A DNA stretch of 64,000 nucleotides from Alphaproteobacteria bacterium (GTDB taxonomy: Bacteria; Pseudomonadota; Alphaproteobacteria; Rs-D84). Positions 11,163-19,912 of the stretch are shown here, piece after piece. Where the stretch lies: contig JAFQOQ010000009.1 in NCBI GenBank assembly GCA_017403085.1, positions 69,066 through 133,065 of the forward strand. The letters are read 5' to 3'. A program made the position numbers and the translations under genes. Positions within the stretch are counted from its first letter, which is position 1; every line of letters starts with the position of its first letter. The notes under the pieces were generated by a model. The model ran no database searches. It saw only the letters and a program-made list of their open reading frames with translations, and was not told the DNA's origin.

Positions 11163-11384
11163 TTATTTCATCTTTTTGTTTTTACGAATATATGCCAGTA
11201 TTTCTGCGTTTTGTTTTTTTACAATTCGCAAGCTGTCCAACATTGCAAAACCTTCTTTGCTAAGATTCAGTTGGTATTGGCATATCTGATTCGCATTGCA
11301 GCGGCCAGAGACTGACAACATATGGTTACATTTTGAATGTTTGACTTCTGGATAGAAAAAAATGTGGCAATATTTTGCTGTCAT
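11163..11384 (-). CDS. Small hypothetical Cys/His-containing protein
   Basis: Fills the ileS-nth gap on the same strand, preceded by AAAGGGG SD. Confidence 0.55.
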   Translation of the reverse strand: MTAKYCHIFFYPEVKHSKCNHMLSVSGRCNANQICQYQLNLSKEGFAMLDSLRIVKKQNAEILAYIRKNKKMK

Positions 11385-11395
11385 AATTTACCCCT

Positions 11396-14300
11396 TTATG
11401 CCCGTTTTACAGAAACGCTCAGATTATATCCTTCGATATCATCTGTGTATTCGCCGTCACCTGCAACCATTTCTACAATCAGCGCATCACGCATAATACG
11501 CTTTTTATGGGCGTCCATTGCATTTGCCAATGCGGGATCTGCAGAATATGTCAAAACAATGCGGTCAGATACATCAAGCCCGGCAGCCTTGCGCGTATCT
11601 TGGATAAAACGCAGGGCGTCATTTGCCAAGCCTTCGGCAACTAAATCTGCGGTGACATTTGTGTCTAAGACAACAACCGCAGTGCTATCTGGCAACGCCG
11701 CACCCGAGACGCCATCACGCACATTTAATCGCGTTTCAAATTCATCAGAATTTAATGTGTGTCCCGCGACAAATAATTTATCGCCTTGAACTTCGTAATC
11801 GCCACGCTTTACTGCGGGGATAATATCCTTTAATGCACCACCCAGACGTGCGCCAATTTTTGGTGTAATCAGATAAACAAAACTGTCTGCAATATCCGCG
11901 AACGTTTCATTAAACATAACAGATTTTACATTCAATTCGTCTTTGATAATGTCAGCGTATTCTGGCATATTCACACCCGCCACCGTCAGCGAATTTAACG
12001 GCAGACGATTACGCAATTTGTGTTGTTCGCGCAACTGTTTGCCAACAGATACAATCATTTGAACACGACGCATGTCTTCAACGATTTTTTCATCTGTGCT
12101 GTCTGCGGTTGGAAACGCGGTTAAATGTACAGATTCATCGCCCGTCAAATTGCGATAGATATATTCAGATACAAATGGCGCAAATGGCGCAAGTGTGCGA
12201 CAGAACACAGTCAGTACCGTGTATAATGTGTCAAATGCATCTTGTTCTTCGTCCCAGAAACGGGCGCGACCGCGACGGATGTACCAGTTATTTAAAACGT
12301 CTAAGAAGCGAACAAATTCTTTGATTGCCGTATCTGGTTTGTATTCATCCAAAGATTTTTTTACAACACCAATCAAGACATTTAATTCAGATAAAATATA
12401 CTTGTCCAGCGCGTTGGTCGGATTAGAAATCTGGTGCGCAGTCACATTGCCTGCATTTGCATACAAGGTAAAGAAGTGATACGCGTTCCATAACGGCGTC
12501 TGAATAACCTTGGTTGATTCTACGAATACCTTGCCTTCTTTATCAACAGGCACAGGTTCTGCCTTCATAAAATTAGACCCCAAGATATACAAACGCACTG
12601 CGTCTGCACCGTATTGTTCAATTTGTTGTTCTGGATTTACGAAGTTGCGCAATGATTTCGAGAATTTTTTCTTATTCTCATCCACGACCATGCCATTTGC
12701 AGATACGGCCTTGAACGCAGGTTTATCAAACAACGCCGTTGCCAAAACCATCAGGGCATAGAACCAACCGCGTGTTTGATCCTGGCCTTCGATAATATAA
12801 TCTGCGGGGAAGGTAGCGTTGAATTTATCCACATTTTCAAATGGATAGTGCAGCGACGCCCATGGCATAGAACCAGATTCAACCCAGCAATCTAAAACAT
12901 CTGGAATACGTGTCCAACCATCGCGTGTCAATTTATCCAATGTTGGACGATGCAAATCATCAATTTTTACCCCAAAGAATTCTTCCAATTCTGCAATAGA
13001 GCCAAATATTTTAAATTCACCGTCGCGTTCCCAGATTGGTAATGGCATTCCCCAGAAACGGTTGCGCGAAATTGACCATGGACGCGCGTTTTCAATCCAT
13101 GAACGGAATCGTTCGCCGGCACTGGTCCAATTTACGCGGGCGTTATTTGCCAATAATTTGTCTTTGATTTTTGGAACGTCGATATACCAAGAATCAGTTG
13201 CACGTTGGATTAACTTTTCCTTGGAACGATCGCCAAATGGATAACTGTGTTTATATTGTTCCTTCTTGACCAATTTGCCATTTGATTTCAACCAATCCAT
13301 AATGCGTGGCGTTGCTGCAAAAATATTTTCGCCTGCAAAATCAGCGACCGTTTCATCAAAGTTGCCGTATGTATCAACATTTAATAAAACTGGGAATTTT
13401 GGGTCAATATTTTTTGCCGCCCAAAAGTCTTCGGCACCATAGGCCGGCGCAATATGCACAATACCCGTACCATCAGAATCAGATACATAGTCCGCAGGAA
13501 TTATTTGGAACAACAAATCAGATTGACCTGCATAATATGGAAACAGTGGTGTGTAATGCAACCCAACCAAGTCTGCGCCACGTACAGTGCCGATTTGTGT
13601 GGCGTTTGCAAATTGCTTTTCATATGCCTTTAATCTGGATTCTGCGATTACATAGACCGCGCCATCACTATCTTGCATGCGCAGATATGTCATGTTTGGA
13701 TTTACCGCCAACGCACTGTTTGCAGGCAACGTCCATGGCGTTGTTGTCCATGCAATTGCACGATCGCCATTTTCCAGTTCAAACCAAACCGTCACCGCAT
13801 CATCAACAATTTCGCGATAATCACTGGACGCTTCGGAATTCGAAATAACTGTGCCATTTACCCAGTCGTATGGATTTACACTATAATCCTTGTACAACAG
13901 ACCCTTTTCATACAAAGACTTTAATGTCCATAACATGGATTCCATATAGTTTTTATCCATGGTTTTATATCCGTATCCGTCACCAATATCAACCCAACGG
14001 CCCATACGGGTAATAAAATGATTCCATTCACTGGTGTATGTCATAACGTCTGTGCGACACATATCGCAGAACGCCGCAATACCATCAGATGCCACGATAT
14101 CCTTGGCTGATTTACCGACATTTTTTTCAACAGAATTTTCCGCCGGCAACCCATGACAATCCCAACCTAATTCACGATTAACATGACGTCCGCACATTGT
14201 TTGAAAGCGCGCAACCATGTCTTTGACAACAGAAACACCCAAATGCCCCCAATGCGGCAAACCATTTGCAAAGGGCGGGCCGTCATAAAACGAAAAAGGA

Positions 14301-14419
14301 TGACCCTGTTTGGTTTGTTCAAGCGATTTATGGAATGTATTGTTTTCACGCCAGTATTCTAGCACCTGTTTTTCCAACATAGGAAAATCGGCGCGCGCAT
14401 CTGTTTTTTGGTATGTCAT
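11396..14419 (-). CDS. ileS: Isoleucine--tRNA ligase (type 2, IleRS2-like)
   Basis: FYDGPPFANGLPHWGH, GWDCHGLP, WTTTPWTLP, EGQDQTRGWF, KFSKS; type 2 C-terminus (RK.AGLDVSDRI). Confidence 0.95.
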   Translation of the reverse strand: MTYQKTDARADFPMLEKQVLEYWRENNTFHKSLEQTKQGHPFSFYDGPPFANGLPHWGHLGVSVVKDMVARFQTMCGRHVNRELGWDCHGLPAENSVEKNVGKSAKDIVASDGIAAFCDMCRTDVMTYTSEWNHFITRMGRWVDIGDGYGYKTMDKNYMESMLWTLKSLYEKGLLYKDYSVNPYDWVNGTVISNSEASSDYREIVDDAVTVWFELENGDRAIAWTTTPWTLPANSALAVNPNMTYLRMQDSDGAVYVIAESRLKAYEKQFANATQIGTVRGADLVGLHYTPLFPYYAGQSDLLFQIIPADYVSDSDGTGIVHIAPAYGAEDFWAAKNIDPKFPVLLNVDTYGNFDETVADFAGENIFAATPRIMDWLKSNGKLVKKEQYKHSYPFGDRSKEKLIQRATDSWYIDVPKIKDKLLANNARVNWTSAGERFRSWIENARPWSISRNRFWGMPLPIWERDGEFKIFGSIAELEEFFGVKIDDLHRPTLDKLTRDGWTRIPDVLDCWVESGSMPWASLHYPFENVDKFNATFPADYIIEGQDQTRGWFYALMVLATALFDKPAFKAVSANGMVVDENKKKFSKSLRNFVNPEQQIEQYGADAVRLYILGSNFMKAEPVPVDKEGKVFVESTKVIQTPLWNAYHFFTLYANAGNVTAHQISNPTNALDKYILSELNVLIGVVKKSLDEYKPDTAIKEFVRFLDVLNNWYIRRGRARFWDEEQDAFDTLYTVLTVFCRTLAPFAPFVSEYIYRNLTGDESVHLTAFPTADSTDEKIVEDMRRVQMIVSVGKQLREQHKLRNRLPLNSLTVAGVNMPEYADIIKDELNVKSVMFNETFADIADSFVYLITPKIGARLGGALKDIIPAVKRGDYEVQGDKLFVAGHTLNSDEFETRLNVRDGVSGAALPDSTAVVVLDTNVTADLVAEGLANDALRFIQDTRKAAGLDVSDRIVLTYSADPALANAMDAHKKRIMRDALIVEMVAGDGEYTDDIEGYNLSVSVKRA

Positions 14420-14449
14420 AGTTTTTTACCTTGGTCTGTTTTTTATATT

Positions 14450-14499
14450 AAAAATGGGCGCGTATGCGCCCCAGCCACGTGCAGAAGCGCATGTAGCCA
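14450..14499 (-). promoter_or_regulatory. Transcription attenuator of ileS (pause, antiterminator and terminator hairpins)
   Basis: Terminator GGGCGC-ATAC-GCGCCC-ATTTTT (14471-14450); competing ATGCGCTTC/GGGGCGCAT helix; upstream TGGCTACATGC/GCACGTGGCTG hairpin. Confidence 0.85.
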
Positions 14500-14532
14500 T
14501 TATTTAATAATAATTATTGTTGTTTGTTTCAT
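14500..14532 (-). CDS. Ile-rich leader peptide MKQTTIIIIK
   Basis: ATG AAA CAA ACA ACA ATA ATT ATT ATT AAA TAA directly upstream of the attenuator hairpins and ileS. Confidence 0.85.
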   Translation of the reverse strand: MKQTTIIIIK

Positions 14533-14571
14533 GATAAATACCATACAACGTATAAATATAAATTGCAATTA

Positions 14572-16875
14572 TTATTTATCACGGATTTTTGCGTCGCATT
14601 TTGATTCAACCGCCGCAATAACAGACGACTGTAATGTCTGTAAATCTTCGTCAGACATGTTGTCTGTCGGCTGAATCACAATGGTAAATGCAATTGATTT
14701 TTTGCCATCCCCCATATCAAATGCATCAAAGACTGTTGCACTGATGATACGTGCATCAACCGATGTGGCGACGCTGGTTAATTTTTCAGCCGGTGTGTCA
14801 GACGATGTGACAAAGGCAAAATCGCGTGTAATTGGCTGAAAATCAGATAACACAGGTTGCTTTGCGCGACGCGCAGATGGCAAATTCACAATATTATCAA
14901 CAATTGCAATAACTACGTTTGTTTTTATACGCAGTTTTTTTGCAACGGATGGATGCAATTCACCAAATTCTGCAATTTTCTTTTTGCCCTGCATTAACGC
15001 ACCATAGCGGTATGGATGCGCCCATTTTGGTGCGTTTTCTGTCGATACAGTAAAACGCTGGCCCGACATTAGTGCAATCAAATCAGCCTTGACGTCATAA
15101 ATATCAACATCGCGATTGCGGCCAGTCCAATGCTTTGGTGCGATTGCGCCGGTACGTACAATGCATACCCCGGTATGCTGCTGCGTTGGTGCATCACCAT
15201 CAAACACAACACCCAATTCAAACAGGTTTAAATCAGGATAACCACGCTTTTCATTATTTGAAACAGCATACAGCAAACCAAACAGCAAACCATTGCGCAA
15301 CGTGTCATAATCAGACGTAATCGGATTTGCGATTTTTATATTTGGTTTATCCGACAGTATCTGTTCGGTTTCACAATTACCAAAGCCAAATGAACGACAC
15401 TCGTTCAGGCCACGCGATGCCAATAAACGTTTTATATGTAATTCTTTGTCGTCATGCGGGATTGCTTCGCCCGTTGTATGCGCATGATTTACAGATAATT
15501 TTTCATATCCGTATATACGCAATAGGTCCGCAACAATTGTTTCTGGGATTTGAACATCAACACGCGAATACGGTGGTGTGACCATCCAATCATCCCCGTT
15601 AATCGTAACCGCGTATCCCAGGCCCAACAATATATCACGCTGGGTGTCAGGTGACATATCAATACCTGTCTTTTTCATAAAATATGATGGTGTATATTTT
15701 ATCACAACAGGCGCAACATCATCAGAGCCAGCCGCACAAGTACCAATTATTTCACCACCACATACAGACATAATAATGTCTGCGGCACGCATTGCGGCAG
15801 CGCCTGTTATCGTTGGGTCAATTCCGCGTTCGTATCTATATGACGCATCTGTTGATATTCCCAGGCGTTTGGCCGTCTTGCGAACGCAGACCGGATCAAA
15901 ATACGCAGATTCCAAGATAATATTCTTGATTGTATCCGTCGTCGCGCCACGCGCACCGCCAACAACACCCGCCAATGCCAAAATACCAGTGTTATCAGAA
16001 ATAACCATATCTGTTTCAATCAATTCGTGTTCATTGCCAAACAAATCAACGAACTTTTCACCATTGTTTGCCATACGAACAATGATATCGCCGTCTATTT
16101 GGTCCGCATCAAAGCAATGCATAGGCTGGGCCATGTCATAGCAAATGTAGTTCGTTGCATCGATAGGTGCATTTTTTGGATTGATACCAATTGCCGCCAA
16201 CCTGGAAGCGATTTTTTTATCACTTGGTTTAACGGCAATATTATGAATTTCAATCATTTTATATGCACGGCATTTATCCGTTTTTAACACAACACTGCGC
16301 GTACCAGAAACATTTTCAAAAGCCTTGTCCGTTGGTGCGATATATGTACCAATACCCGCGGCAGACAAATCACGCGCAATACCACGAACAGATAAGTAAT
16401 CTGGACGATTTGGGGTAATGCCCGCATCAAATACAACTTTTGCATCTAAAACCGGAGTGCCAATTTTTGTATCTGCGTCCAGTTCAATAATGCCACTGTG
16501 ATCATCGCCAATCCCCAGTTCCTGGGCACTGCACATCATGCCATCAGATAATACACCACGCAATTTACCAGATTGAATTTCATGCCCCGCAATTACACAA
16601 CCCGGCACCGCCAGCGCAGATACCAGTCCCACACGGGCATTTGGGGCGCCACATACAACCTGGCGCAGGTTGCCAGTACCATCATCAACACGCAACACGT
16701 GCAAATGGTCACTGTTTTCATGTGGGGCGCATTCAACAATCTTGGCCGCAATTGGCACAATAGGCGATACAACTTCTTCTACTTCTAGTCCAATACGGGT
16801 CAATGTATCTGCAATACAGTTTGCAGATGCATCTGTGTTTAAATATTCTTTTAACCAATCATATGTCCATTTCAT
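14572..16875 (-). CDS. pheT: Phenylalanine--tRNA ligase beta subunit
   Basis: WLKEY, VVCGAPN, TPNRPD, SYRYERGID, ITRDFAF. Confidence 0.96.
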   Translation of the reverse strand: MKWTYDWLKEYLNTDASANCIADTLTRIGLEVEEVVSPIVPIAAKIVECAPHENSDHLHVLRVDDGTGNLRQVVCGAPNARVGLVSALAVPGCVIAGHEIQSGKLRGVLSDGMMCSAQELGIGDDHSGIIELDADTKIGTPVLDAKVVFDAGITPNRPDYLSVRGIARDLSAAGIGTYIAPTDKAFENVSGTRSVVLKTDKCRAYKMIEIHNIAVKPSDKKIASRLAAIGINPKNAPIDATNYICYDMAQPMHCFDADQIDGDIIVRMANNGEKFVDLFGNEHELIETDMVISDNTGILALAGVVGGARGATTDTIKNIILESAYFDPVCVRKTAKRLGISTDASYRYERGIDPTITGAAAMRAADIIMSVCGGEIIGTCAAGSDDVAPVVIKYTPSYFMKKTGIDMSPDTQRDILLGLGYAVTINGDDWMVTPPYSRVDVQIPETIVADLLRIYGYEKLSVNHAHTTGEAIPHDDKELHIKRLLASRGLNECRSFGFGNCETEQILSDKPNIKIANPITSDYDTLRNGLLFGLLYAVSNNEKRGYPDLNLFELGVVFDGDAPTQQHTGVCIVRTGAIAPKHWTGRNRDVDIYDVKADLIALMSGQRFTVSTENAPKWAHPYRYGALMQGKKKIAEFGELHPSVAKKLRIKTNVVIAIVDNIVNLPSARRAKQPVLSDFQPITRDFAFVTSSDTPAEKLTSVATSVDARIISATVFDAFDMGDGKKSIAFTIVIQPTDNMSDEDLQTLQSSVIAAVESKCDAKIRDK

Positions 16876-16890
16876 AATTATACCCCCGTA

Positions 16891-17841
16891 TTAAAAACCA
16901 GCCGATTTTAACCAGCGTACATCGTTGTTATACAAATCACGCAAGTCTGGCAGATTATATTTCAACATCGCCAATCTGTCCCAACCAAAGCCAAATGCAA
17001 AACCCTGATAAACATCTGGATCTGCACCACAGTTACGCAAAACGTTTGGATGAACCATACCAGCGCCCATAATTTCCAACCATTTATCATTTTTCCATTT
17101 TAAATCGATTTCTATGCTGGGGTCGGTAAATGGAAAGTAAGACGGACGGATGCGCAATTCCACATTTTCAATTTCAAAGAATTTAGATAAAAATGCACGA
17201 ACGTCCGCAATCAAATCTGACATTGTAATACCTTGGCCAATATACAGCCCTTCGATTTGTCCGAACATTGGGCCATGGGTTGCATCCCATTCTTTGCGAT
17301 ATGTTGCGCCAACACCGAACATTTTAATTGGAACACCAGAAGATTCCATCGCACGAATTTGTATCGCAGATGTCTGGGTGCGCAAAACATTGCCGTTTGG
17401 CAAAAAGAACGTGTCCTGCATATCACGGGCAGGATGATGCAACGGCGTATTTAATGCGGTAAAGTTATGCCAATCGTCTTCGACCTGGGGACCGGTGTGC
17501 ATAGTGTATCCGAAAGATTCCAAAATACTGGAAATTTCAGTCAAAGACTGTGTCAAAGGATGCAATGTGCCACGATTTTCTGGCATTGGATTTAATGACA
17601 CATCCAATTTCTGTTTTTGCAGCCCCGCCATCAGAATTGCATTTTCTATTTCCATTTGACGCGTTTTAAACAATTCGCGCAAGGTTTGGTTTTCCAGATT
17701 CAATGCCACACGCGCATCATTATCTAGATTTTTCATCTCTTTTAATTTGGCGGTCATTGTACCGTTCTTGCCAAATGTTGCAGTGTATAACGCCTGTAAT
17801 TCTTCCAGTGAATTTATATTTTTTATCTGTTCTTGCATCAT
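16891..17841 (-). CDS. pheS: Phenylalanine--tRNA ligase alpha subunit
   Basis: HPARDMQDTF, RPSYFPFTDPS, GFAFGFGWDRLAM; start at MMQEQ. Confidence 0.96.
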   Translation of the reverse strand: MMQEQIKNINSLEELQALYTATFGKNGTMTAKLKEMKNLDNDARVALNLENQTLRELFKTRQMEIENAILMAGLQKQKLDVSLNPMPENRGTLHPLTQSLTEISSILESFGYTMHTGPQVEDDWHNFTALNTPLHHPARDMQDTFFLPNGNVLRTQTSAIQIRAMESSGVPIKMFGVGATYRKEWDATHGPMFGQIEGLYIGQGITMSDLIADVRAFLSKFFEIENVELRIRPSYFPFTDPSIEIDLKWKNDKWLEIMGAGMVHPNVLRNCGADPDVYQGFAFGFGWDRLAMLKYNLPDLRDLYNNDVRWLKSAGF

Positions 17842-17858
17842 CTTTACCTTAATAAATT

Positions 17859-17884
17859 TAAAAGCCGTCATTTGACGGCTTTTA
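17859..17884 (-). terminator. Terminator-like hairpin between rplT and pheS
   Basis: AAAAGCCGTCA-AA-TGACGGCTTTT. Confidence 0.7.
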
Positions 17885-17917
17885 TTATGACAAAACAACT
17901 ACCCTGCCGACAAGGGA

Positions 17918-18286
17918 TTATTTAGATTCGGCAGCGCTAAATCGTTTCGCTGTTTCAACCAATTTTGCGAAGTTTGCATCGCCAGCATATGCCATTTCGG
18001 CCAATACCTTGCGATCCAATACAACACCAGCTTTTTTCAAGCCGTTCATGAACTGGCTGTAAGTCATACCGTTTGCACGAACCGCAGCGTTAATACGAAC
18101 AATCCACAAAGAGCGGAATTCGCGTTTTTTAACACGACGATCGCGATATGCATACTGTCCTGCCTTTTCCGTTTTTTCACGGGCGGCACGATATGTTGAA
18201 TGATGACGGCCCAAGAAACCCTTGGCACGCGCCAAAATTTTGTTATGTTTTTGTCTTACGGTTGTTCCGCGTTTTACTCTTGCCAT
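17918..18286 (-). CDS. rplT: 50S ribosomal protein L20
   Basis: MARVKRG...[22 protein letters not shown]. Confidence 0.98.
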   Translation of the reverse strand: MARVKRGTTVRQKHNKILARAKGFLGRHHSTYRAAREKTEKAGQYAYRDRRVKKREFRSLWIVRINAAVRANGMTYSQFMNGLKKAGVVLDRKVLAEMAYAGDANFAKLVETAKRFSAAESK

Positions 18287-18298
18287 AATTGCCCCCTA

Positions 18299-18502
18299 TT
18301 ATTTCAAACCATATGGAGCCAGGATTTTCGCCTGTCCAACCATGTTATCGTTCAAATACTGTGGTTTAGAACCCGCGTTGTTTGCACGTGCAGATTTTTT
18401 ACGCAACAGTTTCTTGTGAGCATTACGAGCAACGCGAATCTTGCCGGTTGCAGTCATAGACGCACGTTTCTTTAAGTACGACTTTGTTTTTAATTTTGGC
18501 AT
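18299..18502 (-). CDS. rpmI: 50S ribosomal protein L35
   Basis: MPKLKTKS..KKR...TATGKI; precedes rplT. Confidence 0.95.
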   Translation of the reverse strand: MPKLKTKSYLKKRASMTATGKIRVARNAHKKLLRKKSARANNAGSKPQYLNDNMVGQAKILAPYGLK

Positions 18503-18564
18503 TTTCTATCCTTTTATTAGATATGTTTTGTCAGTCTGATGGCAATGCCTTGCCACTTTGACTG
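18498..18564 (-). promoter_or_regulatory. Candidate L20-responsive leader of rpmI-rplT
   Basis: Hairpin CAGTC-AAAG-TGGCAA-GGCA-TTGCCA-TCA-GACTG; loop GGCATT complementary to AATGCC at the rpmI start. Confidence 0.55.
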
Positions 18565-18641
18565 GTGTGTATTTTGGCATAAATAAACCAAAAATCAAGT
18601 TTTTATTGAATATTGACCTTTTTGAGACTAAACTGTGCCCG

Positions 18642-19463
18642 ATGAACCAGACCAAACTATCTTCCAGAATCTATCAAATTGTCAAAGCAGCAGCGGCGGC
18701 GGCTGTATTGCCAGTGATGTTTATATATGTTATGGTCGCAAAACCAGATTATCACATAATGAACGCAATGTCACATGTGGTTGTGCCTGTTGCAACATGG
18801 ATTGGTGATATTGTGACATGGCCAATCCGCGCAGTTGGTGGCGCAATTGTCGGGGTTGGCGAAATATCAAATCTAAAGGCAGAAAACGAAGAACTGCGCG
18901 TAAGATTGGACGAAGCCTTGGCAAACAAAGACGCATATGAAATCGCAATCAAAGAAAATCAAAAATTAGCGCGTGAATTAGGAGTCGTACGCGCCAGACC
19001 ACAAAAAGTGACAGTTGCCGATATTACATTAGACAACAGTGCGATGGGTAATAATACATTTTTGATAAATCGGGGCGCAAATGACGACATAGAACCATCT
19101 ATGGCGGTCGTTTCAATGGATAATCGACTGGTTGGGGTGGTTATAGATGCGGCACCAAACTTTGCACGTGTGCGTTCTTTGACGGACGCAGATACAAACA
19201 TTGCCGTACGTGTTGTTGGGTCCGAAGTCTATGGTTTTATGCGGGGTGACGGTTCGGCGCGACCAAATATGGGATTTTTTAGCGACCAAGAATTTCAACC
19301 CGCAAAAGGGATTAAGTTGGTGACGAGTAATATTAGTGGCGTTTTGCCCGAAGGTTTGCTGGTTGGCGAAATGGCAGATGATACAGATGTAAATGTGTTG
19401 CGCCCAAATGATATTACACGGGTTATGGTTTTACACTTTGATACAGATGGCAAATATAAATGA
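18642..19463 (+). CDS. mreC: Rod shape-determining protein MreC
   Basis: TM helix, coiled coil (LKAENEELR), INRG..D, LVTS..SGVLPEGL.VG; first gene of mreCD-mrdA-rodA. Confidence 0.88.
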   Translation: MNQTKLSSRIYQIVKAAAAAAVLPVMFIYVMVAKPDYHIMNAMSHVVVPVATWIGDIVTWPIRAVGGAIVGVGEISNLKAENEELRVRLDEALANKDAYEIAIKENQKLARELGVVRARPQKVTVADITLDNSAMGNNTFLINRGANDDIEPSMAVVSMDNRLVGVVIDAAPNFARVRSLTDADTNIAVRVVGSEVYGFMRGDGSARPNMGFFSDQEFQPAKGIKLVTSNISGVLPEGLLVGEMADDTDVNVLRPNDITRVMVLHFDTDGKYK

Positions 19464-19912
19464 AATATGATTTAGTTCGTTTTTTACGGGCCGCATGTCC
19501 ATTTTTACTGGCAATTGGCCTGTGGCGGTTGTCTGTGCCATTTTGGAACCCTGGGGGCGTGCTGGCGATTATCGTTGTGTTTTATTGCTCTTTCGTAAAG
19601 CACGTGCCATGGTTTGGGGCATTTTCTGTATTGATGTGCATGCTGGTTGATTATAAATTTGAAACTGTTTGCTTTTGGTTGGTTATGTATTGCTTGTTTT
19701 ATTCCGTTAATGGTTTTCAAAACTTTATTGATATTTCCAGAATGGAATACGACGGATTACCTGCGTTTGCGTTTTTCTGTGGTGTTTCAATAATCGCACT
19801 GTTTTTTATGAATATCAGTTTTATAAATGTATTTCGCGGAATTTGGATGTTTTTATGGATGTGCGCATTATACATACCAATCGTACAACTAATTAAAAAG
19901 GTGCAACAATGA
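19460..19912 (+). CDS. mreD: MreD-like membrane protein
   Basis: 150-aa hydrophobic ORF between mreC and mrdA (assignment by synteny). Confidence 0.65.
   Translation: MKYDLVRFLRAACPFLLAIGLWRLSVPFWNPGGVLAIIVVFYCSFVKHVPWFGAFSVLMCMLVDYKFETVCFWLVMYCLFYSVNGFQNFIDISRMEYDGLPAFAFFCGVSIIALFFMNISFINVFRGIWMFLWMCALYIPIVQLIKKVQQ

Noticed and set aside
17842-17917. PheM-like attenuator between rplT and pheS
   Set aside because: A terminator hairpin is present but there is no separate Phe-rich uORF; the ATG in the hairpin is in frame with pheS.
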